Shown here piece after piece: positions 26,954 to 37,812 of a stretch of DNA of 64,000 bases (positions are counted from its first letter, which is position 1; each line of letters starts with the position of its first letter). This stretch comes from Dehalococcoidia bacterium (lineage in GTDB: Bacteria > Chloroflexota > Dehalococcoidia > Lucifugimonadales > VXLM01): positions 2,388,507-2,452,506 of the forward strand of contig OY759598.1 in assembly GCA_963662435.1 (NCBI GenBank). The letters are read 5' to 3'. The position numbers and the translations under genes were made by a program. The notes beneath the pieces are model-generated. The model saw only the letters and a program-made list of their open reading frames with translations, was not told where the DNA came from and made no database searches.

Positions 26954-28057
26954 CTACACCGGGACGGCGCCGACGGACCTGTTGAGGGCAGGCATGAGCT
27001 CGTTGGCAAAGAGTTCGAGGTTGTGGACCCAACGGTCCTTGTCGTCCCAGTCGTAGGCCATAGTCACGAGGGTGCCGAACTCTCCCGTCTCATCGACCAT
27101 AGCCAGGAGCCTGTCGAGGGCATAGTCAACGTCTCCGGCGATGATCTGGTCGCTCATCCAGAAGTCCAAGTTGCAGTCGGCGTCGGACATGGCCTGGTCG
27201 CGCTTCATCATTCCCCGACCCACACCACCTCGGCTCAGCAAATCGCCGATGTAGCCGAATCCGGCGGCGAGCGAGTTGGTCCTCGCTATGGACTGGGCCT
27301 CTTCGGTCGTGTCGGCGAGGAAAACCGCACGGGCGATCTTGAAGTCGTTGCGGTCGGGCACGTGCCCAGCATCAAGTGAGGCTGTCTCGTAGGTCTCCCA
27401 TATGTTGGCGACAACGTTTGTCGTGATAAGGCTGTGTGCGAAGGGTTGGAAACCCCGCTGACCCGCCGTCTTGGCGGTGCCTGAGTTCCACGAGGTTATG
27501 GGCATGGAGATGGGAGGGTGCGGCTGTTGGTACGGCTTGTGAATGATGCCGAGTCCGACTTCGAGGTCGATGTGTTCCTGCATGCCGATGTTCCAGAACT
27601 CGCCTTTCAGATCGATGGGCCCATTGGACGACCAGAGTTCGAGGATCATGTCCATCGACTCGGCGACCATTCTTGATGAGTCCTTTGGCTCAATGCCCAG
27701 TATCTCCAAGTCGGTGGAGACGCTGCCGGGGCCGAAGCAGAGATCGAGGCGGCCCTTGCTTAGTTGGTCGAGCATGGCGAGCCTGCTCGCCACAAGGAGC
27801 GGATGGTGCTGCTGGAGACATACGGGCGCAGGGCCCATGTGGATGTTCTTCGTTTGAGGCATGGCAGCCGCGATGAAGAGCTCCGGCATCGTGATGTTCT
27901 CGTACGCCATCGTGTGATGCTCGCCGATCCAGAATTCGTCGAAGCCCAGTTCGTCGGCGCGGATGACCAGTTCCAGGTCCTCGTCGTAGCACTGCGCCAG
28001 GGGCTTGGCGGGGTCGTGAAACGGCATGATGAAGATTCCGGATTTGATCGGCGGCAT
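26954..28057 (-). CDS. Luciferase-like (LLM class) flavin-dependent monooxygenase
   Basis: GIFIMPFH, ADELGFDEFWIGEHH, LDQLSKGRL, PYQQPHPPI. Confidence 0.9.
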   Translation of the reverse strand: MPPIKSGIFIMPFHDPAKPLAQCYDEDLELVIRADELGFDEFWIGEHHTMAYENITMPELFIAAAMPQTKNIHMGPAPVCLQQHHPLLVASRLAMLDQLSKGRLDLCFGPGSVSTDLEILGIEPKDSSRMVAESMDMILELWSSNGPIDLKGEFWNIGMQEHIDLEVGLGIIHKPYQQPHPPISMPITSWNSGTAKTAGQRGFQPFAHSLITTNVVANIWETYETASLDAGHVPDRNDFKIARAVFLADTTEEAQSIARTNSLAAGFGYIGDLLSRGGVGRGMMKRDQAMSDADCNLDFWMSDQIIAGDVDYALDRLLAMVDETGEFGTLVTMAYDWDDKDRWVHNLELFANELMPALNRSVGAVPV

Positions 28058-28220
28058 AGGTCTACCTCATCGGAGTTGTTGGGGCATGTTGAAGGGCAAT
28101 TGTCCACCAGCGCCACCGGCATTGCAAGATGCGGGAGAGCGGGTGCTCCTACGCGTCCAAAATGGGTCTGAGTCACGTCACCATGGGAGATCTGAAGCTC
28201 AGGGCTGGCGGAGGTGGAAG

Positions 28221-28246
28221 TGGATTCCGGCATTTGCCGGAGGGAC
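28221..28246. repeat. REP-like palindrome (WIPAFAG-type)
   Basis: TGGATTCCGGCATTTGCCGGAGGGAC, intergenic hairpin. Confidence 0.5.
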
Positions 28247-28444
28247 TGGGGTTCTCTGCCCGAATGACGTGGGCACTGCCGCGTAGGTTGTTTTCGCAGT
28301 CGCGATAAGTGTTGAGACAGCCTGGGGCAGACGTAGGGACGTCGATTGACTTATCTTCCTATAAATGCTAAAAGTGAGGGAACGCAATTCGAACCGGCAA
28401 CAAAATGCGGAAATGAGATTCTCAATTCTGAGAGGAGAATGACT

Positions 28445-30889
28445 ATGCGACGAGCACTCTTGAATATGGGAGGGTTAGCGGCCTTGGTGGTTATCGTCAC
28501 CATGGTTGGAGCCCTCGCTTGCGAGTCGTCGGAAGAGCCTGAACAGCCCTTGCCGGCGGCGGCGGCGGCTCCGGCTGCACCGGCGGCGGGCCCTGCCGAG
28601 GCACAGGAATACGAACTGATGGCGCCACAGGCGCAGCAGCAGCCGGCTCCTGCCGCCCCTGCCAGATCGGCAGACCAGCCGGAGGCGCCGGTGAGCCCGG
28701 GAGCCGTCGCTGTTGCCGTTACTTCTCCGGGGCGCGAGGGCGAGGACCCGGCCGACGCGATGGCCAGCTTCGAGTACATGGCTCCCAAGCTGGAACCGGG
28801 CAGCTATCCGTCTCACCAGTGGGACGGTCCGATTCCCACGAAGCTCAATGAGTCCCCGCAGTCGGCGGCGTTGGTCAGGTCAGGGCAAATTCTTCCGGTG
28901 GAAGATCGCCTGCCGGTGCACGAGGACATCTGGGTCATCGCGCCGTATGACGAGATTGGCGTATACGGCGGAAACATGAGGATAACGACCCACCACATCA
29001 AGACGCTGGACCACCTTGCGGTTACCAGCCTTGTAAATGGCGATCCGACGGGTAACAGCGAACCCCGTCTCATCAAGGGTTGGGAAGTTAGCGAGGACGG
29101 CAGGAAGTACACCTTCACGAACCGCAGGGGCGCAAGATGGTCGGACGGCTATCCGATGACCATCGAGGACGTCAGGTTTGCGATGGAAGACCTGATGTAC
29201 AACACTGAACTCAACACGAGCCTACCGGCCGAGTTGAAGTCGCAGATTACCGGAAACCCGGCGACCTTCGCGGTCGTTGACGACGTGACGTGGACCATTG
29301 AGTTCGACGACCCCTACTTCGACCTCGCAAGCTCAAGGCATATGTGGGGATCGTCCAAGACACGAGGGTGCCCACGCTGCTACTACGCTCCCTCGCACGT
29401 CTACAAGCGCTACCACGAAAAGTACAACCCTGACGAGATCGAAGCCCTGATGGCGCAGTACGAGCAGGACAACATCCGAGGCCTCCAGAACGCGGTCGAC
29501 AACATCCGGTCGGGCCCCGGAAATGACTGGCGGCAGACGGGACCGGTACCGACGGAGTTCGATCCTAACTACATCTACAAGGGTGACATCTACACGCCGG
29601 CCATGTCCGAACTGATCCAGACCCGGTGTTGTGATGGTGGACGCGCCGCTGTACGGAACCATTACTTCATGGGTGTAGACCCTGAGGGCAACCAGCTCCC
29701 GTACATCGACGAGCAGATTCTGATCCTCACCGAGGATAGGACTGCCTCCGTCTTCCGCGCAATGAACGGTGAGAACGACTACTACGGCGGTTCGATGATC
29801 CTCAGCGAGTTGCCCCTGTACATGGCGAACATGGAGAAGGGCGACTACAGCGTCTACATCTTCCGCTCGCCGGCAGGAAACGACTCGGCGACGGCGGTAC
29901 AGAACGAGTTCGTGCAGGACCCCGAAATGGGACAGCTCCTCCGAACGAAGGACTTCCGCAAGGCGCTCTCGATCGCGGCCGACCGGAACGAGATGAACGA
30001 AGTTGTGGCAAGCGGAATCGGCACCCCGCAGCAGTGGATCCCTCATGCGAGCACGCCCTACTTCCCGGGCAAGGAGTACGCCGACCTTGACGCCAGCGTC
30101 GATCTCGAAGGCGCCAAGGCAATCATGGCGAACCTGGGTTACTCGGACGCGAACGGCGACGGATACCTTGATCGTAAGGACGGCAGCGGCCCTCTGTCCC
30201 TGAACTACGTAGTCAGTGCCACCTACTTCCCTCACATCGAGGTGTTGCAGGACCACTGGGGCAAGCTGGGAATCAAGGTCGACATTGAGGAAGGCAACTC
30301 CAGCTCAGTTCGGAAGGAGAACCCCGAGCTGCCGTTTGAGCATCACATCTCGCTCTATTCGATGAACCAGTGGACGGTGCAGTGGACCCGCGCCTTCGCA
30401 GGCACGAGCGGCAGTCCTCTCGGCGCCGCGATGGGCAACTACTGGGCATCGTTCGGTGAGCAGGGGATGGCCCCCACGGGCGGCGATCCTTTGTACATGG
30501 ACGCGTACGGCAACCAGGCGCCGGTGGGCAACTACCCTGCTGACATCACCGGGAACATCATGATGAAGCAGGACATCTGGCGGACGGGCATCCAGACGGG
30601 CCCGGTGCTTCATCCTGAGCGTGTCGAAATGGGCAAGGAGTTCTGGCGGATAAGCGCCGAGGAGAAGTACAACATCGGCTACCTGGCCTTCATGGGCATC
30701 GTTCGCGGCATGACGATGAAGCGCAACAACCTGCGCAACGTGCCGAAGAACCACGTGGCCCTCGAGGCGAAGGGTATCCTGGGCGCGTACTACTTCGAGG
30801 ACGGGCTCGACAATTTCAGCAATCCTGGAAACAGGTCAACCAAGTACAAGAGCGTGCACTTCCTCGATCCTGAGTACTGGACGCAATAG
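28445..30889 (+). CDS. ABC transporter family-5 (peptide/nickel-type) substrate-binding lipoprotein
   Basis: RBS AGGAG, lipobox GALA|C, Ala/Pro-rich linker, LPVEDRLP, GVYGG, WEVSEDG.KYTF...WSDG, NQLPYID. Confidence 0.88.
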   Translation: MRRALLNMGGLAALVVIVTMVGALACESSEEPEQPLPAAAAAPAAPAAGPAEAQEYELMAPQAQQQPAPAAPARSADQPEAPVSPGAVAVAVTSPGREGEDPADAMASFEYMAPKLEPGSYPSHQWDGPIPTKLNESPQSAALVRSGQILPVEDRLPVHEDIWVIAPYDEIGVYGGNMRITTHHIKTLDHLAVTSLVNGDPTGNSEPRLIKGWEVSEDGRKYTFTNRRGARWSDGYPMTIEDVRFAMEDLMYNTELNTSLPAELKSQITGNPATFAVVDDVTWTIEFDDPYFDLASSRHMWGSSKTRGCPRCYYAPSHVYKRYHEKYNPDEIEALMAQYEQDNIRGLQNAVDNIRSGPGNDWRQTGPVPTEFDPNYIYKGDIYTPAMSELIQTRCCDGGRAAVRNHYFMGVDPEGNQLPYIDEQILILTEDRTASVFRAMNGENDYYGGSMILSELPLYMANMEKGDYSVYIFRSPAGNDSATAVQNEFVQDPEMGQLLRTKDFRKALSIAADRNEMNEVVASGIGTPQQWIPHASTPYFPGKEYADLDASVDLEGAKAIMANLGYSDANGDGYLDRKDGSGPLSLNYVVSATYFPHIEVLQDHWGKLGIKVDIEEGNSSSVRKENPELPFEHHISLYSMNQWTVQWTRAFAGTSGSPLGAAMGNYWASFGEQGMAPTGGDPLYMDAYGNQAPVGNYPADITGNIMMKQDIWRTGIQTGPVLHPERVEMGKEFWRISAEEKYNIGYLAFMGIVRGMTMKRNNLRNVPKNHVALEAKGILGAYYFEDGLDNFSNPGNRSTKYKSVHFLDPEYWTQ

Positions 30890-30908
30890 ACCGGCAAAAC
30901 GAACCACA

Positions 30909-30949
30909 CCATCCGTTCGCCCTTCGACGAGCACAGGGTGAACGGATGG
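30909..30949. repeat. REP-like palindrome
   Basis: CCATCCGTTCGCCCT-TCGACGAGCAC-AGGGTGAACGGATGG. Confidence 0.55.
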
Positions 30950-30964
30950 AAAGAGTCAAAAGCA

Positions 30965-31002
30965 AGAGGCCCGGGGCGAATGTGCCCCGGGCCTCTTTGT
31001 TT
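30965..31002. terminator. Probable bidirectional intrinsic terminator between the SBP gene and rpsI
   Basis: AGAGGCCCGGGGC-GAATGT-GCCCCGGGCCTCT, flanked by A-rich and T-rich tracts, between convergent genes. Confidence 0.8.
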
Positions 31003-31028
31003 ACTCTGTTCAATCCGCCGGTGCGAAG

Positions 31029-31424
31029 CTACCGCTTGGAGAACTGTTCCTTCTTGCGAGCTCGCTGCAGACCGTACTTCTTGCGCTCCTTCTCACGAGA
31101 GTCGCGGGTGAGGAATCCTCCTCGCTTCAGGGTCGCTCGCAGGGAAGGGTCCATCTCCAGCAGGGCGCGGGATATGCCGTGCTTGAGCGCACCGGACTGG
31201 CTGACGACACCGCCGCCGGACACCTTGGCAACCACTCGTACCTGGCCGAAGGTATCCGTGGCCTCGAGCGGGGAGTTTATGATGTCCTGCCACGACTTCC
31301 ACGGATAGCTCTCCTCCATGGGCTTGCCGTTGACAACGATCGGTCCGCGCTCAACGTAGAGTCGGACGCGGGCGACTGACGACTTTCGCCGACCCGTCCC
31401 GTAGTAATACTGCTGCGAAACCAC
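31029..31424 (-). CDS. rpsI: 30S ribosomal protein S9
   Basis: GTGRRKSSVARV...ERKKYGL..ARK..QFSKR. Confidence 0.97.
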   Translation of the reverse strand: MVSQQYYYGTGRRKSSVARVRLYVERGPIVVNGKPMEESYPWKSWQDIINSPLEATDTFGQVRVVAKVSGGGVVSQSGALKHGISRALLEMDPSLRATLKRGGFLTRDSREKERKKYGLQRARKKEQFSKR

Positions 31425-31461
31425 CTGTACTGTCCTCCTGAAAGGGTTTCTCCCCTTCGTT

Positions 31462-31490
31462 GCAGGGTCAGGTCTGAAACCTGCTCTTAC
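31462..31490. repeat. Degenerate GTAG-family REP-like palindrome between rplM and rpsI
   Basis: GCAGGGTCAGGT-CTGAA-ACCTGCTCTTAC. Confidence 0.4.
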
Positions 31491-31525
31491 GAAGATATTG
31501 GCGGGGAGATCTTGTTAAGTTCTAT

Positions 31526-31948
31526 CTACTTGCCGGTGTTGACCTGTGCTTCGTGGGGATGATCCGGACCTGCGTATACCTTGAGGCGGCGGATCATCTG
31601 CCGTCCCAGCCTGCTCTTTGGGAGCATTCCTTTCACGGCGCGAGTGACCGCGTCGCCCGGCTTCTTCTCCAACAGCGATCCGAGGTTCTGTTCCTTGAGA
31701 CCGCCGTGGTAGCCGCTATACCGGTAGTACATTTTCTGTTCCAACTTCCGGCCGGTGACCGAGATCTTCTCGGCGTTCACAACGACCACGAAGTCGCCGC
31801 TGTGCAGGTAGGGCACATATGCCGGCTTGTGTTTACCCATGAGTATGGTCGATATTTCCGAGCTGACGCGACCGAGGGTCTTGCCCTCCGCATCGACGAC
31901 TTGCCACTCGGGTGTTGCGTTTGGATTTGTTGCCGTTGCCATTGTCAA
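31526..31948 (-). CDS. rplM: 50S ribosomal protein L13
   Basis: [11 protein letters not shown]...GKHKP...[11 protein letters not shown]. Confidence 0.97.
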   Translation of the reverse strand: MTMATATNPNATPEWQVVDAEGKTLGRVSSEISTILMGKHKPAYVPYLHSGDFVVVVNAEKISVTGRKLEQKMYYRYSGYHGGLKEQNLGSLLEKKPGDAVTRAVKGMLPKSRLGRQMIRRLKVYAGPDHPHEAQVNTGK

Positions 31949-32709
31949 TTTCCTTCAGATAGCTTATCAGACTGTTCGTATTTGACGCTAACGAGACAGA
32001 GGCCTTGGGGTGGAAGCGCACGGGCGACGATCCCATCGACGGGCCCCTTCAAGAGGCATTTCACGTTATCTCCCGTCAACTTTTCCAGTCCTATGTCCAC
32101 CAGCGCTCCCGCTATTCGGCGTACCTGGTGCGGGAGGAAGGCGTTTCCGGTCACCTCGATTCGGACGGACTCTACTATTTCCCGTATGTCTATTGAGAAT
32201 ATCTCTCTGATGGTGCTCGCTTCGGGCCGTTCAAGCGGTCCTGAGAACTGTGCGAAATCGTGTATTCCTTCGAGCGACCCGGCCGCCTCGGCCATTCGCT
32301 CCACATCGAGCGCTCGTCCCAGATGGTAGGTAGTCCGTCTTCGAATTGGGGACCGCGTATGTCCGCAATCGATGGTGTAGACGTACTTTCTCTCTGAGGC
32401 GCATCTTCTCGGATCGAAGGTGTCGGATACTTCTCGCGCATCCTTCACCGCAATGTCTTTTGGAAGGTGGCTGTTGAGCGCCCTGACGACGACCTCGGCG
32501 GGGTGGCCGGCATCCGAGTCGAATGCGACCACTTGCCCGGTGGCATGTACGCCGGCATCGGTGCGACCGGCAGCCTTGATTCGCACGGCCTCGCCGGTGA
32601 AGCGGGCTATCGCCTTTTCGATTTCCTCCTGTACCGTTCGTGCGTTCTTCTGATACTGAAACCCGCTGTAGCGCGTTCCGTCATATTCGACGATGAGTGC
32701 GTATCTCAA
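31945..32709 (-). CDS. truA: tRNA pseudouridine(38-40) synthase
   Basis: [31 protein letters not shown]. Confidence 0.96.
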   Translation of the reverse strand: MRYALIVEYDGTRYSGFQYQKNARTVQEEIEKAIARFTGEAVRIKAAGRTDAGVHATGQVVAFDSDAGHPAEVVVRALNSHLPKDIAVKDAREVSDTFDPRRCASERKYVYTIDCGHTRSPIRRRTTYHLGRALDVERMAEAAGSLEGIHDFAQFSGPLERPEASTIREIFSIDIREIVESVRIEVTGNAFLPHQVRRIAGALVDIGLEKLTGDNVKCLLKGPVDGIVARALPPQGLCLVSVKYEQSDKLSEGN

Positions 32710-32745
32710 TGTTCTTCCTACGCACCGCCATTTGCCTGCCGTCCC

Positions 32746-33099
32746 CTACTCCACCAACTCCAATTGCGCCATGGGGGATGCGTCGCCCTTTCGTGGGCCG
32801 ATCTTGATGATTCGGGTGTACCCGCCGGGGCGCTCGTCAAAGCGCGGGCCGATCTCGTCGAAGAGTTTGGCGACCACCTTCTCATCCGTAAGGAACGAGG
32901 CAGCCATGCGCCTCTGGTGGAGGGTCCCCTTCTTGGCGCGGGTAATTACCTTTTCGGCGAGGCGCTTGACTTCCTTCGCCTTCGGTTCGGTCGTTCGTAT
33001 GGTCTCGTGACGCAACAGGTCGGTGACGAGGCCACGCAGCATCAGCATGCGGTGAGCCGTATCACGACCGAGCTTGCGTCCTGCAACTTTGTGTCTCAC
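32746..33099 (-). CDS. rplQ: 50S ribosomal protein L17
   Basis: RKLGR..AHR...RPGGYTRI. Confidence 0.97.
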   Translation of the reverse strand: MRHKVAGRKLGRDTAHRMLMLRGLVTDLLRHETIRTTEPKAKEVKRLAEKVITRAKKGTLHQRRMAASFLTDEKVVAKLFDEIGPRFDERPGGYTRIIKIGPRKGDASPMAQLELVE

Positions 33100-33111
33100 G
33101 TTCGAATCTCC

Positions 33112-34170
33112 CTAGATTTCCGTGTCCTCGGTCTCGGACTCCTCGGCCTCTGCCTCTTCTTCCTGCGACTGATCCTCTTGAATGTCAGGGTCGAGTTCCG
33201 GGGGCAGGAGGTCGTATGTGCGGAGCCTTTCATACAGCTCACTCAGCGACTTCTCGCCGAAGTTCCTTATCTGCAGCAGCTCCGACTTGTTCATCTCGAG
33301 GACCTGGCCGACCTTATCGATGCTCGCGCGCTTGAGGCAGTTGAGTGTCCGAGACGAGAGATCGAGCTTCTCGACCGGGGTGTTGTACTGCTCCGGCGTG
33401 AGCGTTAGCACGACCGGGGTGGTGAGCTGTCCGTCGGCAGCACCCTTCTGGGCGTTGGCGAAGAGGAAAAACTTCTCAACAAGGACGTTCCCCGCGTCGC
33501 GGAGAGCCTCGAGTGGGGTGATCGACCCGTCCGTCCAAATCTCCATTATGAGGCGTTCGAGGTTCGTGCGCTGTCCCACGCGCGTGTCCTCTATGCTGTA
33601 GTTCACCTTCCTTACGGGGGTGAATATGGCGTCGACGGGCAACACGCCGATGGGCACGCCGTCGCCCTCGGAGGCCTCGGAGTACCCTATTCCGCGCTCT
33701 ACGTTGAGCTCGATGGACAGCCTTGCCTCATCGGAGTCGAGCGTGGCGATGTGCCACTCGGGGTTCACTACCTCGAAGTCGGATGATGCCATGATGTCCC
33801 CGGCGGATACTTCGCCCTGCCCTGCCACTTCCAGCCGGAGCTTGCCCGGCCGGTCGACCTGCGACCGCAGCCGGACGCCCTTGATGTTGAGCAAGATGTC
33901 CGACACCTGCTCCTTTACGTGGTCTATTGTCGCGTACTCGTGGAGGACGCCTTCAATCTTGACTGATGTGACGGCGGCGCCCTTCAGCGAGCTATAGAGA
34001 ACTCGTCGGAGGGGGTTGCCGAGCGTCATACCGTAGCCTTGCGGCAGCGGTTCGATGACGAATTTGCCGTATCGCTCGTCCTCGGAATCGACCGTGATCA
34101 ACGGGACGGGTTCCGGCTCCGGCTCTTCGACCATCGTTTCCGGCGCAGCAAAGGTGTGGAAATCTATCAT
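33112..34170 (-). CDS. rpoA: RNA polymerase subunit alpha
   Basis: EPLPQGYGMTLGNPLRR, VDAIFTPV, LSSRTLNCLKR, RNFGEKS. Confidence 0.97.
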   Translation of the reverse strand: MIDFHTFAAPETMVEEPEPEPVPLITVDSEDERYGKFVIEPLPQGYGMTLGNPLRRVLYSSLKGAAVTSVKIEGVLHEYATIDHVKEQVSDILLNIKGVRLRSQVDRPGKLRLEVAGQGEVSAGDIMASSDFEVVNPEWHIATLDSDEARLSIELNVERGIGYSEASEGDGVPIGVLPVDAIFTPVRKVNYSIEDTRVGQRTNLERLIMEIWTDGSITPLEALRDAGNVLVEKFFLFANAQKGAADGQLTTPVVLTLTPEQYNTPVEKLDLSSRTLNCLKRASIDKVGQVLEMNKSELLQIRNFGEKSLSELYERLRTYDLLPPELDPDIQEDQSQEEEAEAEESETEDTEI

Positions 34171-34239
34171 ATGTCGCAGTTACTCCTCTCGATCGTCACC
34201 GAGTGTTGGTTCTCGGTCCGGCAGGCGTCCTCATTGGGA

Positions 34240-34875
34240 CTACCTGGAGTAGAACTCCACGATGAGCCTCACGTCTATCCCAGTATCGATTTCCGTCGGC
34301 TCAGGCATGGAGAGCATTTCGCCCGTAAGCGAACCGGGTTCAAGCCTGAGCCAAGAGGGCACCGGGCGCTTGGGAAGGCCGTCGGTCAGGGCCTCAACGA
34401 ATCCGGGCATGGTGTCGTCGGCTACCCGGCGCCAGGTTATGACGTCGCCTGGTTGGACCCTGTACGACGGAATGCTTACCTTGCGTCCGTTGACATTGAA
34501 ATGGCCGTGATTGACTATTTGCCTGGCCTGTGGTCGCGAGTCGACGAATGACAGGCGATAGACGACGTTGTCGAGCCGCGATTCCAGGAGCTGCAGCAGT
34601 ACGTCGCCGGTCACGCCCTGGCTTTCCCGGGCATCGGCGAAGTATCTCTTGAACTGTCGCTCAAGGACTCCATAGGTGAATCGGGCCTTCTGCTTCTCGC
34701 GCAATTGGAGGGCCCACTCGGTGGGTCTTCTCGGACGGCGAGTCCCCTGGTCTCCGGGTGGGCGACGACGTCGCTCTACTCCGCACTTCGGGGAGTAGCA
34801 GCGGTCGCCCTTGAGGAAGAGCTTTTCCCCAATGCGACGGCATTGGCGGCATACTGCATCGGTTTTTCGTGCCAT
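34240..34875 (-). CDS. rpsD: 30S ribosomal protein S4 (Zn-binding type)
   Basis: CRQCRR...C...C, LESRLDNVVYR, IVEFYSR. Confidence 0.97.
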   Translation of the reverse strand: MARKTDAVCRQCRRIGEKLFLKGDRCYSPKCGVERRRRPPGDQGTRRPRRPTEWALQLREKQKARFTYGVLERQFKRYFADARESQGVTGDVLLQLLESRLDNVVYRLSFVDSRPQARQIVNHGHFNVNGRKVSIPSYRVQPGDVITWRRVADDTMPGFVEALTDGLPKRPVPSWLRLEPGSLTGEMLSMPEPTEIDTGIDVRLIVEFYSR

Positions 34876-34922
34876 GTGTGTCTGTCCGTTTCTCCTTGCT
34901 ATTCAGAACCCTGAGGCAGTCC

Positions 34923-35312
34923 CTAGACTCGCCTTCGCTTGCGGGGCCTGCACCCGTTGTGGGGGATGGGGGTAACGTCTCGAATGCTTGTTACGAGGAT
35001 GCCCGCGGCGTTAAGCGCGCGAACGGCAGCTTCACGACCGGCGCCGGGGCCTCGAACAAATGCCTCGACCTGTCGCAGTCCATGCTCCGTGCCCTTTCGG
35101 GCCACATCTTCACCTGCTCTTTGGGCTGCGAACGCCGTGGACTTTCGGGAGCCGCGGAAGATCCCCAGGGACCCTGCGCTGCTCCAGGCAAGCACGTTGC
35201 CCTGCGGATCGGTGAGCGTGATGATGGTGTTGTTATAGGTCGATTGGATGTAGGCTCGACCCACGGGTACGGACTTTCGTTCCCTTCTTCGTGTTCTCGG
35301 CGCCCTTGGCAT
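34923..35312 (-). CDS. rpsK: 30S ribosomal protein S11
   Basis: [26 protein letters not shown]. Confidence 0.97.
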   Translation of the reverse strand: MPRAPRTRRRERKSVPVGRAYIQSTYNNTIITLTDPQGNVLAWSSAGSLGIFRGSRKSTAFAAQRAGEDVARKGTEHGLRQVEAFVRGPGAGREAAVRALNAAGILVTSIRDVTPIPHNGCRPRKRRRV

Positions 35313-35351
35313 GGTTCTCCTCTTTGAGTCGTTGAACGGTCGGCTGGTCTC

Positions 35352-35732
35352 TTACTTCTTGCTGATTTGTCGCTTGCCGGCCACCGGTACACGACGGCCG
35401 CGCTTGGAGCGCGCATTTGTGTGGGTTCGCTGGCCTCGGACGGGAAGCCCTCGCCGATGGCGGTTGCCTCTATAGGTACCGATGTCGATCAGGCGACGTA
35501 TGTTACCGGTGACCTCACGTCGAAGGTCACCTTCCACGAGCTTTTCCCGGTCGACGATCTCGCGTATTCGTCCAAGCTCGGCCTCAGTCAGGTCGGAGAC
35601 TCGGGGGTTTCCCTCGATGCCGGCCTTGTTCACTACGTCCGTTGCCTGCCATCGACCGATGCCGAAGATTCGCGTGAGGGATATCTCGACGCGCTTGTTG
35701 TCGGGAATATTCACTCCGGATACTATTGCCAT
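35352..35732 (-). CDS. rpsM: 30S ribosomal protein S13
   Basis: [20 protein letters not shown]. Confidence 0.97.
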   Translation of the reverse strand: MAIVSGVNIPDNKRVEISLTRIFGIGRWQATDVVNKAGIEGNPRVSDLTEAELGRIREIVDREKLVEGDLRREVTGNIRRLIDIGTYRGNRHRRGLPVRGQRTHTNARSKRGRRVPVAGKRQISKK

Positions 35733-35741
35733 GGTCGTCTC

Positions 35742-35855
35742 CTAGCCCTGCCGCTGCTTATGGCGCAGGTTGCTGCAAATGATCATCACCCTGCCACGCC
35801 GCCGGATGACCCGACAGTTGGCACATCTTTTCTTGACTGATGTCGATACTTTCAT
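35742..35855 (-). CDS. rpmJ: 50S ribosomal protein L36 (37 aa, not in the ORF track)
   Basis: Hand translation: [37 protein letters not shown]. Confidence 0.95.
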   Translation of the reverse strand: MKVSTSVKKRCANCRVIRRRGRVMIICSNLRHKQRQG

Positions 35856-35958
35856 GATTGCCTTTCCTCGACCCGCGCGTCACGACGCCCGGACGCCTTG
35901 TCCTTGAGGCACGGACGCAACTGCCGCCAATAGTGCGGCACTTCTCGCCGTTTAGGGT

Positions 35959-36201
35959 TCAATTGGCGAAGCGGTAGGTGATTCGTCCCCTCCCCAAGTC
36001 GTAGGGTGAGAGCTCCACCAGCACGCGGTCACCCGGCAGGACGCGGATGTAATTCATCTTGATCTTGCCGGACAGGTAGGCGAGCACCTCGTGCCCATTC
36101 GCAAGCTCGACGCGGAACGTCGCGTTGCGGAGCGACTCAGTGACGCGGCCTTCCACCGCAATCGCTTCCTTCTTCCCTCCACTCTGGCTTTTCTTCGGCA
36201 T
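35959..36201 (-). CDS. infA: Translation initiation factor IF-1
   Basis: FRVELANGH...SGK...[20 protein letters not shown]. Confidence 0.97.
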   Translation of the reverse strand: MPKKSQSGGKKEAIAVEGRVTESLRNATFRVELANGHEVLAYLSGKIKMNYIRVLPGDRVLVELSPYDLGRGRITYRFAN

Positions 36202-36208
36202 ATCCCCT

Positions 36209-36973
36209 CTATGCTGTCAGGACTTCGGGTCCGTTTTCCGTTACCGCTACGGTATCTTCGAAATGGGCCGAGCGACTGCCATCGGCGGTCACTACGGTCC
36301 ATCCGTCGTCCAAGACTCTCGTGTCCCAAGTTCCCATGTTTAGCATCGGCTCGATTGCGACGGTCATTCCCACTCGGAGCCGCGCGCCTTGACCGGGGGT
36401 GCCGTAATTCGGCACGCTCGGGTCCTCGTGAAGCGCCCGACCTATGCCATGTCCGACGTATTGTCGTACGACCCCGTAGCCAAGACCCTCGGCGTACGTT
36501 TGAACCGCGGCGCCGATATCACCGATTCGGCCTCCGTCTCTCGTCTGTTCGATGGCCCTGCGGAGCGATTCTTCAGTCGCATCGATCAACCGCTGTGAGT
36601 CCTCGCCTATTTCGCCGACGCCTACCGTGAAGGCAGTGTCGCTGTGGAAACCACCCACGACCGCTCCAAGGTCTATGCTTATGATATCGCCCTCTTCCAA
36701 CCTCCGTTTTGACGGAATTCCGTGAACGATTTCTTCGTTGAATGACGTGCAGGTCGTAGCGGGAAATCCATAGAGCCCTTTGAACGAAGGAATAGCCCCA
36801 AGCGAACGGATCTCTCGCTCGGCGAGGGCGTCCAATTCCCGGGAACTGACACCAGGTCGAATGGCGTCCTTCAAGACCCTCTTCGTAAGGGACGCAACGT
36901 GACCGGCCTCACGCATCAGGTCCAGTTCTCGTTTGGACTTTATCGTGATGCCGTCCATTCGCGGCATTCCCAC
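36209..36973 (-). CDS. map: Methionine aminopeptidase type I
   Basis: [34 protein letters not shown]. Confidence 0.96.
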   Translation of the reverse strand: MGMPRMDGITIKSKRELDLMREAGHVASLTKRVLKDAIRPGVSSRELDALAEREIRSLGAIPSFKGLYGFPATTCTSFNEEIVHGIPSKRRLEEGDIISIDLGAVVGGFHSDTAFTVGVGEIGEDSQRLIDATEESLRRAIEQTRDGGRIGDIGAAVQTYAEGLGYGVVRQYVGHGIGRALHEDPSVPNYGTPGQGARLRVGMTVAIEPMLNMGTWDTRVLDDGWTVVTADGSRSAHFEDTVAVTENGPEVLTA

Positions 36974-37077
36974 CGTCGCCGTCTGTTTGATGACTGCTCC
37001 TCTTCTCGACTTAAGAACTAAACAACCTATCTATGATAGCACGGAGGACTGCGGTCTCCGTATGAAATACAAGGGAC

Positions 37078-37725
37078 CTAAGGCGCCCCGTTCGCTTTCT
37101 CGATTAACTCTGTTCCGACCTCTTCGATGGACTGTTCACCGTCAACCTCTCGCAGGATGCCCGCTTCCCGGTAATAATCTATCAGCGGGGCGGTTTGTGA
37201 GAAATACACTTCCAGTCGCTTGCCCACCGCTTCCGGTCTGTCGTCCTCTCTCTGATACAAATCGCATTCCAACTCACAGCCGATCCCGTCCTTGGGAGGC
37301 GGATTGAAGACCTTGTGAAAGGTGGCTCCGCAACCACGGCAGACGAGTCGTCCGGTTAGTCGGCGAACAAGCTCGTCGGTGGACACTCGTATGTACAGAA
37401 CGCGGTCAAGACCATCCGTGTTCGCGAGCGCTCCGTCGAGGGCCTCGGCCTGAGCCAGCGTTCGGGGGAACCCATCAAGTAGGAACCCTCCATCTCCGGC
37501 CTCCGTCTCGATCCACTCGGTGACCATCGCTATCGTCACCTCGTCGGGGACCAGGACGCCGCGTTCCATGTATGACCTCGCCAGCCGTCCCAACTCCGTG
37601 TCGCGCTTCTGGTGGTCTCGGAACAGGTCGCCGGATGCTGCAAACGGCACCTCAAGATGCCCTGCGATTTGCGCTGCCTGCGTTCCCTTTCCGGCCCCGG
37701 GCGGACCCAGCAGTACGACCTTCAA
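37078..37725 (-). CDS. adk: Adenylate kinase
   Basis: GPPGAGKGTQA, LDGFPRT, Cys-containing lid. Confidence 0.96.
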   Translation of the reverse strand: MKVVLLGPPGAGKGTQAAQIAGHLEVPFAASGDLFRDHQKRDTELGRLARSYMERGVLVPDEVTIAMVTEWIETEAGDGGFLLDGFPRTLAQAEALDGALANTDGLDRVLYIRVSTDELVRRLTGRLVCRGCGATFHKVFNPPPKDGIGCELECDLYQREDDRPEAVGKRLEVYFSQTAPLIDYYREAGILREVDGEQSIEEVGTELIEKANGAP

Positions 37726-37812
37726 AGTCTCACTTTCAAACGTCGCGCGTACCGGGCCGATCGATTCGTCGAGCGCGTCTCTCTTGCGCAGTACGTCGTC
37801 CGTCTCTCCTCC

